From: Myxococcota bacterium
GTDB lineage: Bacteria > Myxococcota > XYA12-FULL-58-9 > JABJBS01
NCBI GenBank assembly: GCA_036339465.1
Contig: JAYZAY010000014.1
Coordinates: 1-37,862, forward strand
Direction: 5' to 3'
Length of the DNA stretch: 37,862 nt
This document shows positions 36,565-37,862 of the stretch, one piece after another. Numbering within the stretch: position 1 is the stretch's first letter; each line of letters begins with the position of its first letter. The notes below the pieces were generated by a model. The model was not told the origin of the DNA. It searched no databases and saw only the letters and a program-made list of their open reading frames with translations. The position numbers were made by a program, and so were the translations under genes.

Positions 36565-37862
36565 TTAAGGGAGGTTCTGGTCAACTTCCTCACACGCGCG
36601 ATTGCTCTTGAACGCAATGGCGAAAGAAGTCCCCAAAGTCTCACTCATTAACACAAAACTTGTGCCGTGGGCGGAGTAAAAGGCCGCGTTGGTATTGTCA
36701 CCCGAATCTAAGACATTGATCCAGATTTGGTAGTCGGTTCCATTAAAAGGGCCAATGATCCCCCCGTCTGTATTGTTCCAATAATGAAACCGCGCCTGGT
36801 ATTTGTGTCCCGTGTTGTTTTGAACGGTTCGTTTTAGTTCACCAGGGTCATCGCTGAGAATCACTTTGTCGGCATTGGCATTGCCAAAGGTTTGTATATC
36901 CCAGTTGACCTTGGAGTTGGTGCTTCCGCCAGCATCAAGGTTGCTGAAAAAGTTGAAGCTCAATCCGTCGGCTCCTTCATAGAAGAACACATTGGTTTCG
37001 AATCCAATGGGTTCTGGCCCTATTTCGGGGTGTGCAGATGAACTATAATAGTTATAGTTATTGTCGCTGCTTTCCTCACCGATATAAGAGGTTATTTCTC
37101 CGAGATAGTGTTCATCGAGAAGTTCCGTGACGCCGTCGGGTGTCAGCCAAATGCCGAGGTTTTTGGCGAGGTGTTCTTGGCAAATGGTGGTTTCCCTAGA
37201 GGTTTTAAAGCCACAGGAATTGGAAACCTTAGCGGAAATACGCTGGTATCCGGCTGTACGAGCGGTGGCAGGCCAAAGGTATTGTGCGATGCCATCTGAG
37301 TTGGGATAGGTTTGCCCAATGAGTTGCCCTGCTTGATCGAGCCAGGTCACGGCAATGGTGGTGATGTCACCGCGTTCATCATAGACCCTGGCTTGGAGGA
37401 GATAGTCGGTGGCCTCGGGAATAATGGTATTGGGCGCTGGAGTGAGCAGTTCGAGGGTTGGGTTGGGATAGCGCTTGGTTTCTATGGAGACGGTGATGAT
37501 TTCAGCATCAACAACATCGGTGATCACCTGGGCTTGAACCGAACCCATGGGCCACTTGATGTTAATTTTCTGAGACTCACTCGGGGCAACGGTGAAGGGA
37601 AAGAGGGTAGCTTGAGCGAACTCTGCACCTTCAGGGAGTTCGACTCCCATGACCTTGAAATCGCCTTGCCCATCATTGCGGATGAGCAATGGCTCAGTGC
37701 GGGGTCCACAAGCCGAGGTGGCCACGGGGGGGGTGACCACCGGCTTTCCGAGGGGAAGTGTACAATTGGTGCGACAGCGGTTGGCTTCTGTATCGGAGTT
37801 GTTGGCGCCATCATCACATTGTTCGATGGTTTCTTGAATGCCATTGCCACATTGTTGGGCAT
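36565..37862 (-). CDS. Partial (5' end outside the window) surface protein with a Myxococcus-type cysteine-rich repeat (DUF4215-like) and Ig-like domains
   Basis: The frame extends past 37740 to the window edge: AQQCGNGIQETIEQCDDGANNSDTEANRCRTNCTLP. This is followed by IRNDG.GDFKV...FPFTVAPSES (ASH/Ig-like) and NPTLELLTP..N (Ig-like). Confidence 0.8.
   Translation of the reverse strand, partial: AQQCGNGIQETIEQCDDGANNSDTEANRCRTNCTLPLGKPVVTPPVATSACGPRTEPLLIRNDGQGDFKVMGVELPEGAEFAQATLFPFTVAPSESQKINIKWPMGSVQAQVITDVVDAEIITVSIETKRYPNPTLELLTPAPNTIIPEATDYLLQARVYDERGDITTIAVTWLDQAGQLIGQTYPNSDGIAQYLWPATARTAGYQRISAKVSNSCGFKTSRETTICQEHLAKNLGIWLTPDGVTELLDEHYLGEITSYIGEESSDNNYNYYSSSAHPEIGPEPIGFETNVFFYEGADGLSFNFFSNLDAGGSTNSKVNWDIQTFGNANADKVILSDDPGELKRTVQNNTGHKYQARFHYWNNTDGGIIGPFNGTDYQIWINVLDSGDNTNAAFYSAHGTSFVLMSETLGTSFAIAFKSNRACEEVDQNLP

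Overview
Bacterial genomic DNA of roughly 50% GC (judged by eye), most likely from a Myxococcota-like organism: it has a CGNG...ECDDG cysteine-rich repeat and a MYXO-CTERM-like protease tail. No rRNA, intact tRNA or CRISPR array was seen. The left third (1 to about 13.2 kb) is a decaying accessory region. It holds tmRNA-end/integrase-attachment-like remnants, a GC-rich hflX, an IS91-family remnant, and several stand-alone + strand genes that look like effectors: a RelA/SpoT-like nucleotidyltransferase bracketed by a perfect 23-bp direct repeat, a eukaryotic-type F-box protein, a carboxylate-amine-ligase-like protein, an R-S-ExE ADP-ribosyltransferase, and a broken DUF294-like nucleotidyltransferase. 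The middle has a HAD hydrolase, an MMPL/RND transporter, two adjacent MshEN-like genes (fused to SpoIIM-like and CheX-like domains), a MORN-repeat protein, an M23 peptidase, GST, HspQ, and a selenocysteine BCP-type peroxiredoxin (in-frame TGA plus SECIS-like hairpin) that the ORF track truncates. The right end has a trypsin-like surface protease, an APC permease, K+ channel and IS6 remnants, a 5'-truncated tandem EGF-FGE(C-type lectin fold) gene and a partial cysteine-rich/Ig-like surface protein. All family calls come from reading motifs by eye; no database searches were run.
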